Virus record (IMG/VR): IMGVR_UViG_3300022562_000333
Coordinates: 19,251 to 83,250 of that record
DNA from: a virus
Length of the DNA stretch: 64,000 nucleotides
Direction: 5' to 3' (one strand)
Part shown: positions 1-9,983 of the stretch, in pieces
Layout: the number at the start of each line of letters is the position of its first letter
Position numbering within the stretch: position 1 is the first letter of the stretch
The notes under the pieces: generated by a model
Databases searched by the model: none
Seen by the model: only the letters and a program-made list of their open reading frames with translations
Told to the model about the DNA's origin: nothing
Program-made: the position numbers and the translations under genes

Positions 1-384
1 GTAGCGCGAAGGGTTGTTCTTGGCGGTCTGTTCCGGAACTGAAACGACCTTCCCACCCTGCTCGGAGTCGGAAACCGAGACGTACTTCTTGGGGCCTGAC
101 TCCGCCCTCTTGAAGCGAGCAACAACACGACGAACCAAGACGAGGGAGCCCCCAACGTTCTTGTAGTTGAGGGACATGTCCGGATCGTTCTTGAGGTCCG
201 TGTCCCCATCGGTATCGGGGTCGCGATCCGTCTGCATCTCCTCGCGGCGACGGTCCTTACGAGGCGGCTTCTTCTTGGGTAGAGGACGAACGAGGCGCTC
301 CGCCTCTTCGTCCTCTCGCTCGCCGTGGTCCTTCGTACCGAGGAAGTCCATCCCACTCGGGGTCCGTCAAAAGACGAGTATCGG

Positions 385-2190
385 TCAGAAGCGACCTTGT
401 TCCTCGGGAGCCGGCTCTGGTTTGACCTTGAGATCCAGGTACTTGGCGATCTTGTCCATGATGTCCGTCTTCTCCGCCAACATCCGACCAACCTCGCCGT
501 AAATGCCTCGGATAACCTCGTTGAAGGTCGAGTCGTTGACCGAGAACATGTCCCGCTCGATCTTCTCTTTGGTGTCTTGCGGATCGATGTTGAACATCTC
601 CAGAATGAGGTCGATGCTGATCGACCCCTTCTGGTACAGGTTGAAGAGGGCGTCGTACGTATCCTGGCTGTCCCGCAAAGCGAGACGGGTGAACGACAGA
701 CGGGGGTAGAGGACGACCTCGTCACCCCACTCATCCTTCTCGACGAAGCCCTTTCGTCGGGCCACGGGCTTGAAGAGGTACTCTTCGACGTACTCTTGAA
801 GCATCTCCCGAAAGAGGAGGTAACGGGTGTTGAGGACTTCCAGCTTGACGCGATCCCCGGAGAACGTGCTCTCTCCCGTGAGGAGGGACTCGGTAACCCC
901 TAGCCCGGCGTAGAGCTGCTTGTCCGTGATGTCGTACTCCGAAGACAAGTCGAGCAGACGATCCCGAGCGCCAATCTCCTCCCAGTGGACCTCGTAGTTG
1001 GTGACGATCGAGTAGTCCGGATCCACAAGGGCGAGGTCGACCTGTTCACGTAGGTCATCCGTATCCACGTCAGAGAGGTTCTCACCCCAAACCAGTCGCT
1101 TGGGGGTCATCGCTCGATCGGCGATGAGGGTCTGGGCCTGCCGGAGCTTCTCGCGGTAGTAGAGGATGCGAAGGCAGCGGTCGAGGAGGCTGGCACCAAG
1201 CTCCTCACCAGCCCCACGACGGGCCGCCAAGTGGTAGCAGAACGAACCCTCATCCGGGTCCGTACCGAGCGGGATGAGCTTCCCGGACTCGATGTAGTCC
1301 CTCACTTCTTGAGGGATTTCCTCCGCCATTTGCGAAGCCTTGTCGTCCCCGGCCTTTGCTTGCTCGATGAGAGCACGGTCCCTATCCGAAGGGATCAGGT
1401 CGAGCGTAACCTTGTCCGTGAAGCTGAATGAAGCCAGCCGCACTTGGTCGATAGGGAGGATGATGAGCTTGTCCCAGCCCTTGTAGTGCTCTTGGTAGTA
1501 GGCTAGCTCCCGGTCTTCCCGGTCCTCCATCTCCGTGATGGATTCCTCAACCTCTTCATGCCCGTTCCCCTCTTCATCGAGGGTGGACTTGACGTTCTTG
1601 TCAATCTTGTGTCCTACGTTTGCAGGCACATCCACCGAACCATCCTCCGCGAACAGGAAGACGTTACCGTCGAGGTTGTAGTGGTGGGCGGCTGTAATCA
1701 AGCGTTGAAACAGCTTGATCCTTTGGCACATACGTTGAAAGAACGTGAGGATGTACTTGCCGTAGTCGTTGGCGTCCTTGAAGCGCTCCGGGTAGGTGCG
1801 GGGAGTCGGCTTGGCCAACCGGACCTTGGACAGAGGTAGCTCTGTGTGGAGGTCGATCGCTTGACCTACAATGGGGTCGGTGTTGTAGAAGTGCCTGTAA
1901 ATCTCCCGCTTCTCGCGGAGAGATTGAGGCAGCTCCAGAAAGTCTGTCGAGAGCTGCGGGGAGAAGAACGGGCTCGTCCCGGAAAGGGTCGTGTTCGCCC
2001 CTGAGATAGCGTTCGTGGGGAACGACCCCATCGCCGTCTTGTTGGATGCGGCTACCCGACGCGCCAAGCGCTCCTTCTCGGTAAGGTTCGACACCTTGCC
2101 TTTGGATGAGTAGGGAGCATGGGTCCACCGGCCGATCTGAGTATTCAGAACGACGCTACTTGACGCGTTGGTGAACCGCTCGGAAGCCAC
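385..2190 (-). CDS. Portal protein (large-phage type)
   Basis: 601 aa near terminase; HFYNTDPIVGQAIDLH and CLRILYYREKLRQAQ..IADRAMTPKRLV segments are portal-like. Confidence 0.75.
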   Translation of the reverse strand: MASERFTNASSSVVLNTQIGRWTHAPYSSKGKVSNLTEKERLARRVAASNKTAMGSFPTNAISGANTTLSGTSPFFSPQLSTDFLELPQSLREKREIYRHFYNTDPIVGQAIDLHTELPLSKVRLAKPTPRTYPERFKDANDYGKYILTFFQRMCQRIKLFQRLITAAHHYNLDGNVFLFAEDGSVDVPANVGHKIDKNVKSTLDEEGNGHEEVEESITEMEDREDRELAYYQEHYKGWDKLIILPIDQVRLASFSFTDKVTLDLIPSDRDRALIEQAKAGDDKASQMAEEIPQEVRDYIESGKLIPLGTDPDEGSFCYHLAARRGAGEELGASLLDRCLRILYYREKLRQAQTLIADRAMTPKRLVWGENLSDVDTDDLREQVDLALVDPDYSIVTNYEVHWEEIGARDRLLDLSSEYDITDKQLYAGLGVTESLLTGESTFSGDRVKLEVLNTRYLLFREMLQEYVEEYLFKPVARRKGFVEKDEWGDEVVLYPRLSFTRLALRDSQDTYDALFNLYQKGSISIDLILEMFNIDPQDTKEKIERDMFSVNDSTFNEVIRGIYGEVGRMLAEKTDIMDKIAKYLDLKVKPEPAPEEQGRF

Positions 2191-2646
2191 TTAGATTTCT
2201 CCCCCGTAGAGGTCGTCGATGTCCGCTACGTTCCCTACATTTGCAACGTCGAGCATAGAAGAGGTCTCCGTGTCTGGCCCAAACAGCTCCGAGAGAAGAT
2301 CGCGGGGCGGGGCGTGACCGTCTTTGGCCGCCTTCGCTGCCTTGCGCTCTTGCTTCTCCCTCTGTTCACGCTCCGTGATCTCCATCTCCGTCTTGATGTT
2401 GGCCAGCATCCGCTCAAAGACCTGGGCTCGCTTGAGCCCCTGGCTCATCAGGCCCGCTATCCGTTTCCCACCGTTGGCAAGGTTGAGATACGCGGAGGTG
2501 GCCGCATTGGGGTTCTTCTTCGCCCGATGGTACAGAAGGTCGTAGATCCTCTGGGCTCGTTCGGCCAAAGCCAGCATCTCGGCGTGGGTACGACCCCCCT
2601 CCGCGACCAACTCATCCACGGTCATGTGTCCAAGTGTTTTTTCCAT
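2191..2646 (-). CDS. Hypothetical protein
   Basis: 151 aa ORF abutting the portal gene, helical/coiled composition. Confidence 0.7.
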   Translation of the reverse strand: MEKTLGHMTVDELVAEGGRTHAEMLALAERAQRIYDLLYHRAKKNPNAATSAYLNLANGGKRIAGLMSQGLKRAQVFERMLANIKTEMEITEREQREKQERKAAKAAKDGHAPPRDLLSELFGPDTETSSMLDVANVGNVADIDDLYGGEI

Positions 2647-2688
2647 CTACATTTTCTCGGCGAGCACAAGGGGCTCGTTATCAACAGG

Positions 2689-3225
2689 TTACAAGGTCTG
2701 AATGGTCATGAAGTTGTTGTTCACGGCTTTGGGGGGTTGGATGACCATACCGACCAAACCCCCCAAAAACGGGGCGTCGGCAAGAGGCCCTCGCGGGTCA
2801 CCAGACAAATCCCACTCATCTTCCTTCGTCCACAGGCCGCGAAGGGATATGTATAGGAAATCGCTGGCATTGTAGGTAATTGGAACCAACGGCCCGCCCT
2901 GTCGAGACGTCCAGGTGTACGTCTCGAAAGAGGAGGTCGAGAAGAAACACCCGCCGCTGAGCATGACTCCAAAGCGGTAGTGAGGTTGGTGGCCCGTGAT
3001 GGAGGTGAACTTGTCGGCCGGTTCATCGGAGCCCCAGACAAGGAAGCCTGAGCAGACCCCATCGGCGTAGGTGACGAGAAACTCGTCCTTCGTGGAGTCG
3101 GCCCACTTCACACCCTGACCCCCGGCCCACCCGCCTTGAGCCATCGCCTCGTCGATCGTTACCGGGAGGTTGTCGCCCTTCCGGAAGAGGATGAGATCAC
3201 GCCCTCGTACAATTTCGGTAGGCAT
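2689..3225 (-). CDS. Hypothetical protein, possibly virion (beta-rich)
   Basis: Start re-set to ATG 3225 (MPTEIVRGRD), which overlaps the upstream TGA. Confidence 0.6.
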   Translation of the reverse strand: MPTEIVRGRDLILFRKGDNLPVTIDEAMAQGGWAGGQGVKWADSTKDEFLVTYADGVCSGFLVWGSDEPADKFTSITGHQPHYRFGVMLSGGCFFSTSSFETYTWTSRQGGPLVPITYNASDFLYISLRGLWTKEDEWDLSGDPRGPLADAPFLGGLVGMVIQPPKAVNNNFMTIQTL

Positions 3226-4295
3226 CAGGCTTTCTCCGGCTCTTGCTTGCGCCCCGGCATCTTCCCCCAAGTCGTTACGACCGTCTTGAGAAGCTCGTTC
3301 TGCACGGGGTCGCCATTGAGGAGCCTCTCCCAAGACCCTCCCTGTTGACGAAACACCAAACGCATCACGTTGAAGTCGCGATCCTCCACAACCAGCTCAT
3401 CCCCGAGCATGTGGTCCACGAGCTGCTTGATGATGCGGTTTCCAAAGAGGAGCGGGGGCTCAGGGGTGCAGTCGAACGAAGCCGCCTTGGCATTCAGCTT
3501 GTCGATGACCGAGCCATCATGGAGGTACGCTTCCTCCATCGCTGGTACGAGGTACTGGCTTCGTAGCGTAGAGGGCTCGTGACCGACCGCCTCGGCAGCC
3601 TCCGCTACGGCCTTCTTGAACTCAGCCTTCAGGATCTTGTCCTTGGCTTTACGCTCGCGTGGTAGCTCCGGTCCGGCAGAACGGATCTTCTTGAGTCGGT
3701 CTTGGACTTCCCGGTTCGCATGAAGACCCCGGATGTCCTTAGCTGTGATGTCGAAGTCCTTGAGGTACCCGTTGACCGCCTTCGCATCCACACACCCACC
3801 GTCATAGGCGAAGATGCAGTCCTCTTTTCCCTTGGTGGAGTTGTACGCCTCACGAAGAGCCTTGAGGATCTGTGCGTCCGAGACCTTCTTCTCTTGTTTG
3901 ACCCCTGACTTTCCGACGTACTTGACAGTGGCCGAACCCTTCCCGAAGGAAAGGTGGCCCCGCTGCCACCCGGTGACGCCAAAGTGCCCGTCATCCGCCG
4001 ATTCGTCGTTTCCGACCCGCTCGTACGTGTGATCGATGAGGGCGACGGCAAGGGCCGTCAGCTTCGTGTGCAAGTCCTTGGACTTCAGGTCAGACTTCAC
4101 CTTCGTCCGGAGCTTTCCCATGGAAGTCCGGAGCTTCTCGACTCGGTCCGCCTTCTGGTTGTTGCGGTTCGCAACCTGACGAGGCCCGTACTCGTAGACG
4201 GTCATCTCGTCCCCGGCGCGAGTTTTGACCTTCTTTTTGGACTTGTACCTCGCGGCCACCCGGAGCGAGATCGAGTCGAGCGGAGGGAACCTCAT
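3225..4295 (-). CDS. DNA topoisomerase IB with N-terminal RVAARY tag and C-terminal extension
   Basis: Catalytic motifs ERVGN, YVGKSG, TAKDIRGLHAN, VGHEPSTLRSQYL. Confidence 0.9.
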   Translation of the reverse strand: MRFPPLDSISLRVAARYKSKKKVKTRAGDEMTVYEYGPRQVANRNNQKADRVEKLRTSMGKLRTKVKSDLKSKDLHTKLTALAVALIDHTYERVGNDESADDGHFGVTGWQRGHLSFGKGSATVKYVGKSGVKQEKKVSDAQILKALREAYNSTKGKEDCIFAYDGGCVDAKAVNGYLKDFDITAKDIRGLHANREVQDRLKKIRSAGPELPRERKAKDKILKAEFKKAVAEAAEAVGHEPSTLRSQYLVPAMEEAYLHDGSVIDKLNAKAASFDCTPEPPLLFGNRIIKQLVDHMLGDELVVEDRDFNVMRLVFRQQGGSWERLLNGDPVQNELLKTVVTTWGKMPGRKQEPEKA

Positions 4296-6295
4296 CTTGA
4301 CCTTACCCTCGGTACAAGACGATCCCTATGAACCCCGTGCTGGCGCATCCTAGCCCGCTGATAGTGGGTCATAGAAGCCGGCCCCCTCGGTTGGGTCGGG
4401 TAGTTCCGAGGGGCCGTGATCTTGAGGTTGCTGATCCGCTCCAAAGAGAGCCAGATGGCTCGTACAAGGGCGTCCGTCACGTCATCATGAGCCCCTTGAA
4501 TCTGAGGAGCCTCTACGATGATCTGGTTCCTAGCCCGCTGCGTAGCCTGGAGACTGAGGATCTCCTCGATGAGCGGCGAGTGCTTGGATTGAGCCTCCGC
4601 TTGCGAAGGTAGCGGATAGTCGTAGAGCGTGATGCGCTTGTCGAACATGAGTAGCTTCGTCGCCTGGTACATCTTGCTCGTCGTATCAGGCTTGAAAAAC
4701 TCACTCTTGAACTGCTTCAAGCCCTTCTTGTGGAGCGCCTCTTCGAGCGGGAGCCCGTTCCAACGGTCGAACAACCCAGCCGAGATGTAGAACTTCTTGG
4801 TGAGGAGGTGGATCCAGTTGGCGATCTCCTCGAAGTCAAGTCGCTCTACGTTCTCCAGGGTTTTGGCGTAGTCAGTGAAAGGAGAGGTGAGGTGGGGGTT
4901 GGCTTCCCTCCACGACATGCCTGCGTACCAAGCCTCGTGGTAGTCGAGGATGATGTTGGCACCCTCGGTATGAGTGATCGCGACGGTCGTACCGTCGTTG
5001 ATGAGCCCTACGTCGATCCCCATTTGATGAGGGAAGCGCGGAGGTCCGTACGTCTTGGGACGAAGCTCCTTTTGGATGCACTCGATGAGGTCCGCTTCAC
5101 GTTCGATCCAACCACGAACGCGGTCGGAGAAGAGGGCACCGTGCTCCGTCATGAAGACGGAGGGGTCCTCGTGGTACTTCTCCTTGTAGTAGCTCGTTGG
5201 GACGGTCGGGTTGACCTCCCAGGTCGGCGCCTGGATGACGAGCATGTTGTCCGAGCCAGGCCCTCGGCTCATGCCGAGGTGGTACAGCTCGTAGAACTTA
5301 CCCGCCTTGTTTAGAGGCGAGGAGATGCAGATGATTCGAGCTTCGGACTCCGTTGCCGATCCATTGATAGGGAGCCCCGTTGCAGGGTCCTTTGGGGAGA
5401 AGGCAGCGGTTGACGGCGTGATGGCGTCGTAGATGTCCTTGGCGCTCGACTTACCCTTGTCCTGAAAGTGGGCGATCTCGTCGAGGATGATGACGATGTT
5501 ACCGGACCCTCGAAGACCCTTTGAAATGCTGGCCTTGAAGGTGACGCGGATGCTCGCCTTGCCGTTGAACGAAGTGAACTTACCGTCCGAGTGACGGACC
5601 GTAGGCCCGAACCTCTCAATGTCGTAGGGGGTTCGGAGCTGGACGTAGGAGAGCGTGTTGTTGGCGATGTACGGCTGGAAATACTCGCACTTCGCCATGT
5701 GCGAGGTCACGTCATTGAAGAGGAGACCCGCCTGGTCCTTGTCCGTGGCGACCGAGATGATTTGGATTCGGTTGCCGTTGGGGAGCCCGTAGTACGCTTG
5801 CGGGTTGCCCAACGAGAGGAGCCTGTAAAGCTCGTAACTCGCAAAAACAGCCGATAGGGTGGTCTTCCCAGCACGGCGACCGATGGGGAGGGTGAGCTGT
5901 CTACGGAGGTGGTCCTGCTCCCCGATGTTGCACCGACCTTCGTTGTAGAGGTAGTGCAGGTACTCCTTCTCAGTGAAGGTGTACAACGTCTTCGTGTTGA
6001 ACATGTCGGAGATTTTGATCCGACGATTCTCGTCCTCCGGGAGCGTGTCATCCAGAGGCATGTGGTAGTACAGCTTTACGATGAACCGCTGTACTGGAAA
6101 CAGCTTCATGTTGAGCCCCCACGGGGACTCGACATACTGAAGCACGTTGAAAATACGTTGCGTCCGACCGTTGACCGTGACGGTAGCTAGGTCAACCCCA
6201 TTGACAGCCGCCGTCTCCGTAAGCGCACGGGCACGATGCCCGGCGCTACGGATCATATGGGCTAGGTTGGACTGTTGCTTCTTTTCGCGAGCCAC
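4292..6295 (-). CDS. Terminase large subunit
   Basis: Walker A GRRAGKT, Walker B IILDE, motif III ISSP, nuclease GIDVG and HDDVTDAL. Confidence 0.92.
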   Translation of the reverse strand: MAREKKQQSNLAHMIRSAGHRARALTETAAVNGVDLATVTVNGRTQRIFNVLQYVESPWGLNMKLFPVQRFIVKLYYHMPLDDTLPEDENRRIKISDMFNTKTLYTFTEKEYLHYLYNEGRCNIGEQDHLRRQLTLPIGRRAGKTTLSAVFASYELYRLLSLGNPQAYYGLPNGNRIQIISVATDKDQAGLLFNDVTSHMAKCEYFQPYIANNTLSYVQLRTPYDIERFGPTVRHSDGKFTSFNGKASIRVTFKASISKGLRGSGNIVIILDEIAHFQDKGKSSAKDIYDAITPSTAAFSPKDPATGLPINGSATESEARIICISSPLNKAGKFYELYHLGMSRGPGSDNMLVIQAPTWEVNPTVPTSYYKEKYHEDPSVFMTEHGALFSDRVRGWIEREADLIECIQKELRPKTYGPPRFPHQMGIDVGLINDGTTVAITHTEGANIILDYHEAWYAGMSWREANPHLTSPFTDYAKTLENVERLDFEEIANWIHLLTKKFYISAGLFDRWNGLPLEEALHKKGLKQFKSEFFKPDTTSKMYQATKLLMFDKRITLYDYPLPSQAEAQSKHSPLIEEILSLQATQRARNQIIVEAPQIQGAHDDVTDALVRAIWLSLERISNLKITAPRNYPTQPRGPASMTHYQRARMRQHGVHRDRLVPRVRSR

Positions 6296-6299
6296 GAGG

Positions 6300-6890
6300 T
6301 CACCTCAAGGTGTTCGTAGCTCGTTCCTCCCACCCTTCCATCACGGAGGCGAAGCGGTTGAAAAAGAGGTTCATAGCCTCTTCCGGGAGCGTCTCCTGTG
6401 CTACCTCACGCATCGTCTCGACCCACATGGTGAAGAGCTTCTGCATGCGCTCGCTGCTCAGGTTGATGGACTCCGAGTCGATCTCTTTGATCTTCAACTC
6501 GATGTCGGCGATCTTCTTGAGCGCTTCGATGCGACGAGTTGAGACTTGCCCCGTCTCCTTGCCTCGCTTCTGCGTTTCGATCCGCTCGAAGTGAAGGCTT
6601 GCTGCCTCCGCTGCGACCTCTTTCTTGATGAGGAAGAGAACGTCCAGGGCATCCCCGTGCTCCTCGATCTTCTTGAGGACCGGGTCCGAAGAGATGAACG
6701 CCTCCCGAGCCCGCGTCATCTCCGCGTGGTACTCAAGGTCGCTCGTGGTCGGCTTGCGCTCGATCTTGCGGGGTCGACCTCGACCTCGTTTGACCCCCTC
6801 CAGACGATGACTGTCGGCGCCGTGAGGAGCGTCTTGCTCCGGGAGCAAGTGAAGCACCGCTTCCACGCGCTCTGTTCCGTCCTTCTTCAT
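6300..6890 (-). CDS. Putative terminase small subunit / AT-hook DNA-binding protein
   Basis: Immediately upstream of TerL; KRGRGRPRK AT-hook; helical. Confidence 0.5.
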   Translation of the reverse strand: MKKDGTERVEAVLHLLPEQDAPHGADSHRLEGVKRGRGRPRKIERKPTTSDLEYHAEMTRAREAFISSDPVLKKIEEHGDALDVLFLIKKEVAAEAASLHFERIETQKRGKETGQVSTRRIEALKKIADIELKIKEIDSESINLSSERMQKLFTMWVETMREVAQETLPEEAMNLFFNRFASVMEGWEERATNTLR

Positions 6891-6897
6891 GGTCTCC

Positions 6898-7284
6898 TCA
6901 CTTCACCGATTTAGTGCCGCCCCCACCCTCAGTTTCAATGAGGTATTGGGAGAGGTTCTTTACAGTAGCATAGCCTTTGTCTTTGGGAATTTGCTTCTTG
7001 ATGACTTCGGCTAGGTCTTTGCCAGTTTCAGCCAAGTTGCGGACACTGGTTTGGTCGGGCTTAGGGCTGAATACATCCTCGGGTCGAAGGTCTCTTCGGT
7101 TGGGGGAGACGGTTTCATCATGGCCTTCATCCATTGGCTTGCCGTGCTCCTTGACGATGGAGCGGTCGATGCCTTTGGGTCGGTTGACAGGCTTCACCAA
7201 GTCCTTGTCCTTCTTACGCTGGCCAGGAGGCTGGTCGGCGTGGAGGAACCGGGCTGCTACCCGAAGGATGAGGGCGTCGGACAC
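6898..7284 (-). CDS. Hypothetical protein with RVAARF tag
   Basis: Probable GTG start at 7284: MSDALILRVAARFLHA. Confidence 0.65.
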   Translation of the reverse strand: MSDALILRVAARFLHADQPPGQRKKDKDLVKPVNRPKGIDRSIVKEHGKPMDEGHDETVSPNRRDLRPEDVFSPKPDQTSVRNLAETGKDLAEVIKKQIPKDKGYATVKNLSQYLIETEGGGGTKSVK

Positions 7285-7286
7285 GT

Positions 7287-7910
7287 TCAGTGCCCCCAAC
7301 CAGAGGTCGTCTCGTAGACAGGCTTCCCGCTCCACTTGTGAGCGTTGTGACCATCCACCTTGAAGGAACCCCCAGGGGTCGGGCGAGCCCGAACCGGACC
7401 GCTCACGTACTTGCCCTGCTGGGGGGCAACCATGGTGACATTCTTGTCCGTGCTGACCTCGCGCTTCGCGACCTCACGAACAAGGATGTCCTTCCCCCGG
7501 ATCTCGACCACCTCGTAGAAGTCCACGTTGGTCTGGTCGTAACCCCAAGAGGTGTTGTAAATCTCTCCGACTTGGATGCCGTGTTGGTAGTTACGGCGCT
7601 CCTCAAGCTGCTTTTGCTTGTACTCAAGGACCCGTTTACGCGAGTCGATGGCATCCCTGATAGCCGCCTGCCTACTCGCCTCGCTCCGAAACGAGTTGTG
7701 GAACATCGGTTTGTTCTGCTTGGCGGCAAACGCGATGGCTAGAAGGAGGGGTTCTCCCGTCCGCACATTGGGAGACTCGTACGTCCAGATCGCCAAGTCC
7801 GTCCCTTGAGGGTCAACGTTGGGGGGCGTACCCCGTACCTCTTTCGGTAAGTACGATTCCCGTGGGAGGGTGAATCGGGCTGCCACACGGGCGATCAAGG
7901 CGAGGGACAT
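7287..7910 (-). CDS. Hypothetical protein with RVAARF tag
   Basis: MSLALIARVAARF; C-terminal domain SWGYDQTNVDFYEVV. Confidence 0.75.
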   Translation of the reverse strand: MSLALIARVAARFTLPRESYLPKEVRGTPPNVDPQGTDLAIWTYESPNVRTGEPLLLAIAFAAKQNKPMFHNSFRSEASRQAAIRDAIDSRKRVLEYKQKQLEERRNYQHGIQVGEIYNTSWGYDQTNVDFYEVVEIRGKDILVREVAKREVSTDKNVTMVAPQQGKYVSGPVRARPTPGGSFKVDGHNAHKWSGKPVYETTSGWGH

Positions 7911-7967
7911 GCCTTAGAGCAGGCATAACAAGAGTATCAACCCGCCCCGATCGCTAGATTCTCAGCC

Positions 7968-9983
7968 CTACAGGTCGATCTTGTGACCCCCCAGCTCGAC
8001 AGAGACCGGAGCAGCCTTCGTCGGCTCCGGGTTCAAGTCGATCTCAATCCCGGACTTCATGCCGAATTCCGCGACGATTGACTTGGTGTTTTGCATGAGG
8101 CTGGCGAGGTTGATCTCCGTCGATTGACCCGAGGAGAGGATCTCCTGCTGTTGAGCCTTCTTGTCGGCGTACGGCGGCTCGTTGACCAGATCCTTGTTGT
8201 ACTTGGAGCAGTAGCCGACCTTCGTTTGAAGCACGCAGCTAGAGCACTTGGACCCCAACTTGACGTAGGGGACGAGACGCGAACGGTGGAGCCTTGCCCC
8301 TTCCTCGCAACCCTTCGCGTAGTCCCCGTAGACCATCGGATCTACGTAGTAGATCCCCTGGAGACCTTGCTCCGCCAAGATGGTCTTCAACTCCGGAGCC
8401 GCCGCCTTGATGTCTCGGGGATCGAACTGGCGCTTGAGGACCGCCCCAAGTTGGGTGCCGTAAAGGCCCTCGTTCAAGTATCGGGCGGCCGTCTTGACGA
8501 TTTCCCGCTTCGTGAGGCCCGCCGTGACGTGCCCATGATCTGCACCACGGAAGGCTTGCTCGACGTATGATCGCATTGGCGTAGAGTCAGCCTTACCTAC
8601 CTGAGAGGCGACCCTGTAGATGGCCTTCAGGGCTTCCTTGGGCGTCGGACCCCAAGCGATCTTCTCCGCACCCGTCTCCAGCTTGCCCGCCAGACGGTGC
8701 TCCCAGATGACTTGCTTGACGGTCTCATCCGTCAGGGGGGTTTCGGTGTTCGCCGCGAGGGGGCGGCCGTAGATGAGGCAGCGGGACATCTTGTTGTAGA
8801 TGCACCCGTTGCACTTACCCCCAGCCACGATCGCCTTGACGGTGGGGTTATGCTTCGCGAAGAAGTCTGCTCCAACCCCGCAGTCGTCAAAGGAGTCCTG
8901 CGTAGCGTAGACGGTCCCGTAGAGGCCCGCTTGATCGATCAAGGGCCGCCAATGGGAGGCCGTGTTCTTGAGGTCTGAAACCGAGAAGGAGAGCTTCAGA
9001 GCATGAACCAGCTCGGGGACGCTACGCCCCTTGAGCATCTCTCGACGAAGAAGCGACGTGACCTCAAAGGCCGTCCGGTCCTCCCCGGTCTTGACCCCAG
9101 CCGTCTTTCCCTCGGGGGTCGGAGGCTGCCACGCCTGCTCAGAGGCCAGAAGGCGTTGCGCTTCGGTCTGGAAAACAGGGAGGTGAACCTTGCCCGGAGC
9201 CGACGCTTGGCGGAGTTGGCGAGCCGGATCGACCACGGGCTTCGGGGTCTCTACCGACCCCGCAACAGTCACATCCTTGGCGAGATACGCCGCCTGAATA
9301 CGACCACGGGGATCTGTGGAGGACGCCTGAACTTGCTTCCCCTTGGCCGACTGAGAACGCTCGACCGCGTCAGCCAACTCAGGCGTGTAGGGAACCTCCA
9401 GAACGATCTTCTTCTTGAAGACTCCACATGTGTCGGCGGAATTGTGGATGCACCCTTGGCAATCGCTCTTGGCGACCACGAAACGGGCGTCAGCGGCGTA
9501 ACGCCTGACGAACGTGGTCAACGTCTTCGACGACTGTGCGCAGTTGGTGAAGTCGGCGGCCGACACGTAGTACCGACCAAGTAGCCCACGCTCCCGCAGA
9601 ACCGAGGCAAGAGCGGTCTTGGCGTTCGTGATGAGGTCCGTATCGAACCTGGACGTGAGCGCCTGCTTCAACTGCCCCAGGTTGGTCGTCTGCATGAGCG
9701 TGTAGCGAGCCACCTTGATGACCTGCTCCACTGCCGCTTGCTTACCCTGGTGAGCCTCGCTCAAGGCAGACAGCGACGGAACCTTGTCCTTGTTCGGGAC
9801 GAGATAAGCCCCTGCCGGCTGGTCCTTGTGATCCCACATGGCCTGGAGGTCCGGGGAGATGTCGAGGTTTTGCTTCGGGAGCTTGTCCAGGTCCCGATAC
9901 TGCTGTTCATCGACATCGAGCCAATCGAGGTCGGCGACGGAGCCCTCTTTCAAGAAGTTGGTGAGATCGCCGAGATCAGCCAT
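7968..9983 (-). CDS. Large protein with three Cys-rich repeats, probably virion
   Basis: Start re-set to MADLGDL (9983); three G-x-YY..C..CxxC..C repeats. Confidence 0.7.
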   Translation of the reverse strand: MADLGDLTNFLKEGSVADLDWLDVDEQQYRDLDKLPKQNLDISPDLQAMWDHKDQPAGAYLVPNKDKVPSLSALSEAHQGKQAAVEQVIKVARYTLMQTTNLGQLKQALTSRFDTDLITNAKTALASVLRERGLLGRYYVSAADFTNCAQSSKTLTTFVRRYAADARFVVAKSDCQGCIHNSADTCGVFKKKIVLEVPYTPELADAVERSQSAKGKQVQASSTDPRGRIQAAYLAKDVTVAGSVETPKPVVDPARQLRQASAPGKVHLPVFQTEAQRLLASEQAWQPPTPEGKTAGVKTGEDRTAFEVTSLLRREMLKGRSVPELVHALKLSFSVSDLKNTASHWRPLIDQAGLYGTVYATQDSFDDCGVGADFFAKHNPTVKAIVAGGKCNGCIYNKMSRCLIYGRPLAANTETPLTDETVKQVIWEHRLAGKLETGAEKIAWGPTPKEALKAIYRVASQVGKADSTPMRSYVEQAFRGADHGHVTAGLTKREIVKTAARYLNEGLYGTQLGAVLKRQFDPRDIKAAAPELKTILAEQGLQGIYYVDPMVYGDYAKGCEEGARLHRSRLVPYVKLGSKCSSCVLQTKVGYCSKYNKDLVNEPPYADKKAQQQEILSSGQSTEINLASLMQNTKSIVAEFGMKSGIEIDLNPEPTKAAPVSVELGGHKIDL

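Noticed and set aside
1-384. Partial minus-strand gene downstream of the portal
   Set aside because: Probably coding but truncated by the window edge; product cannot be assigned.
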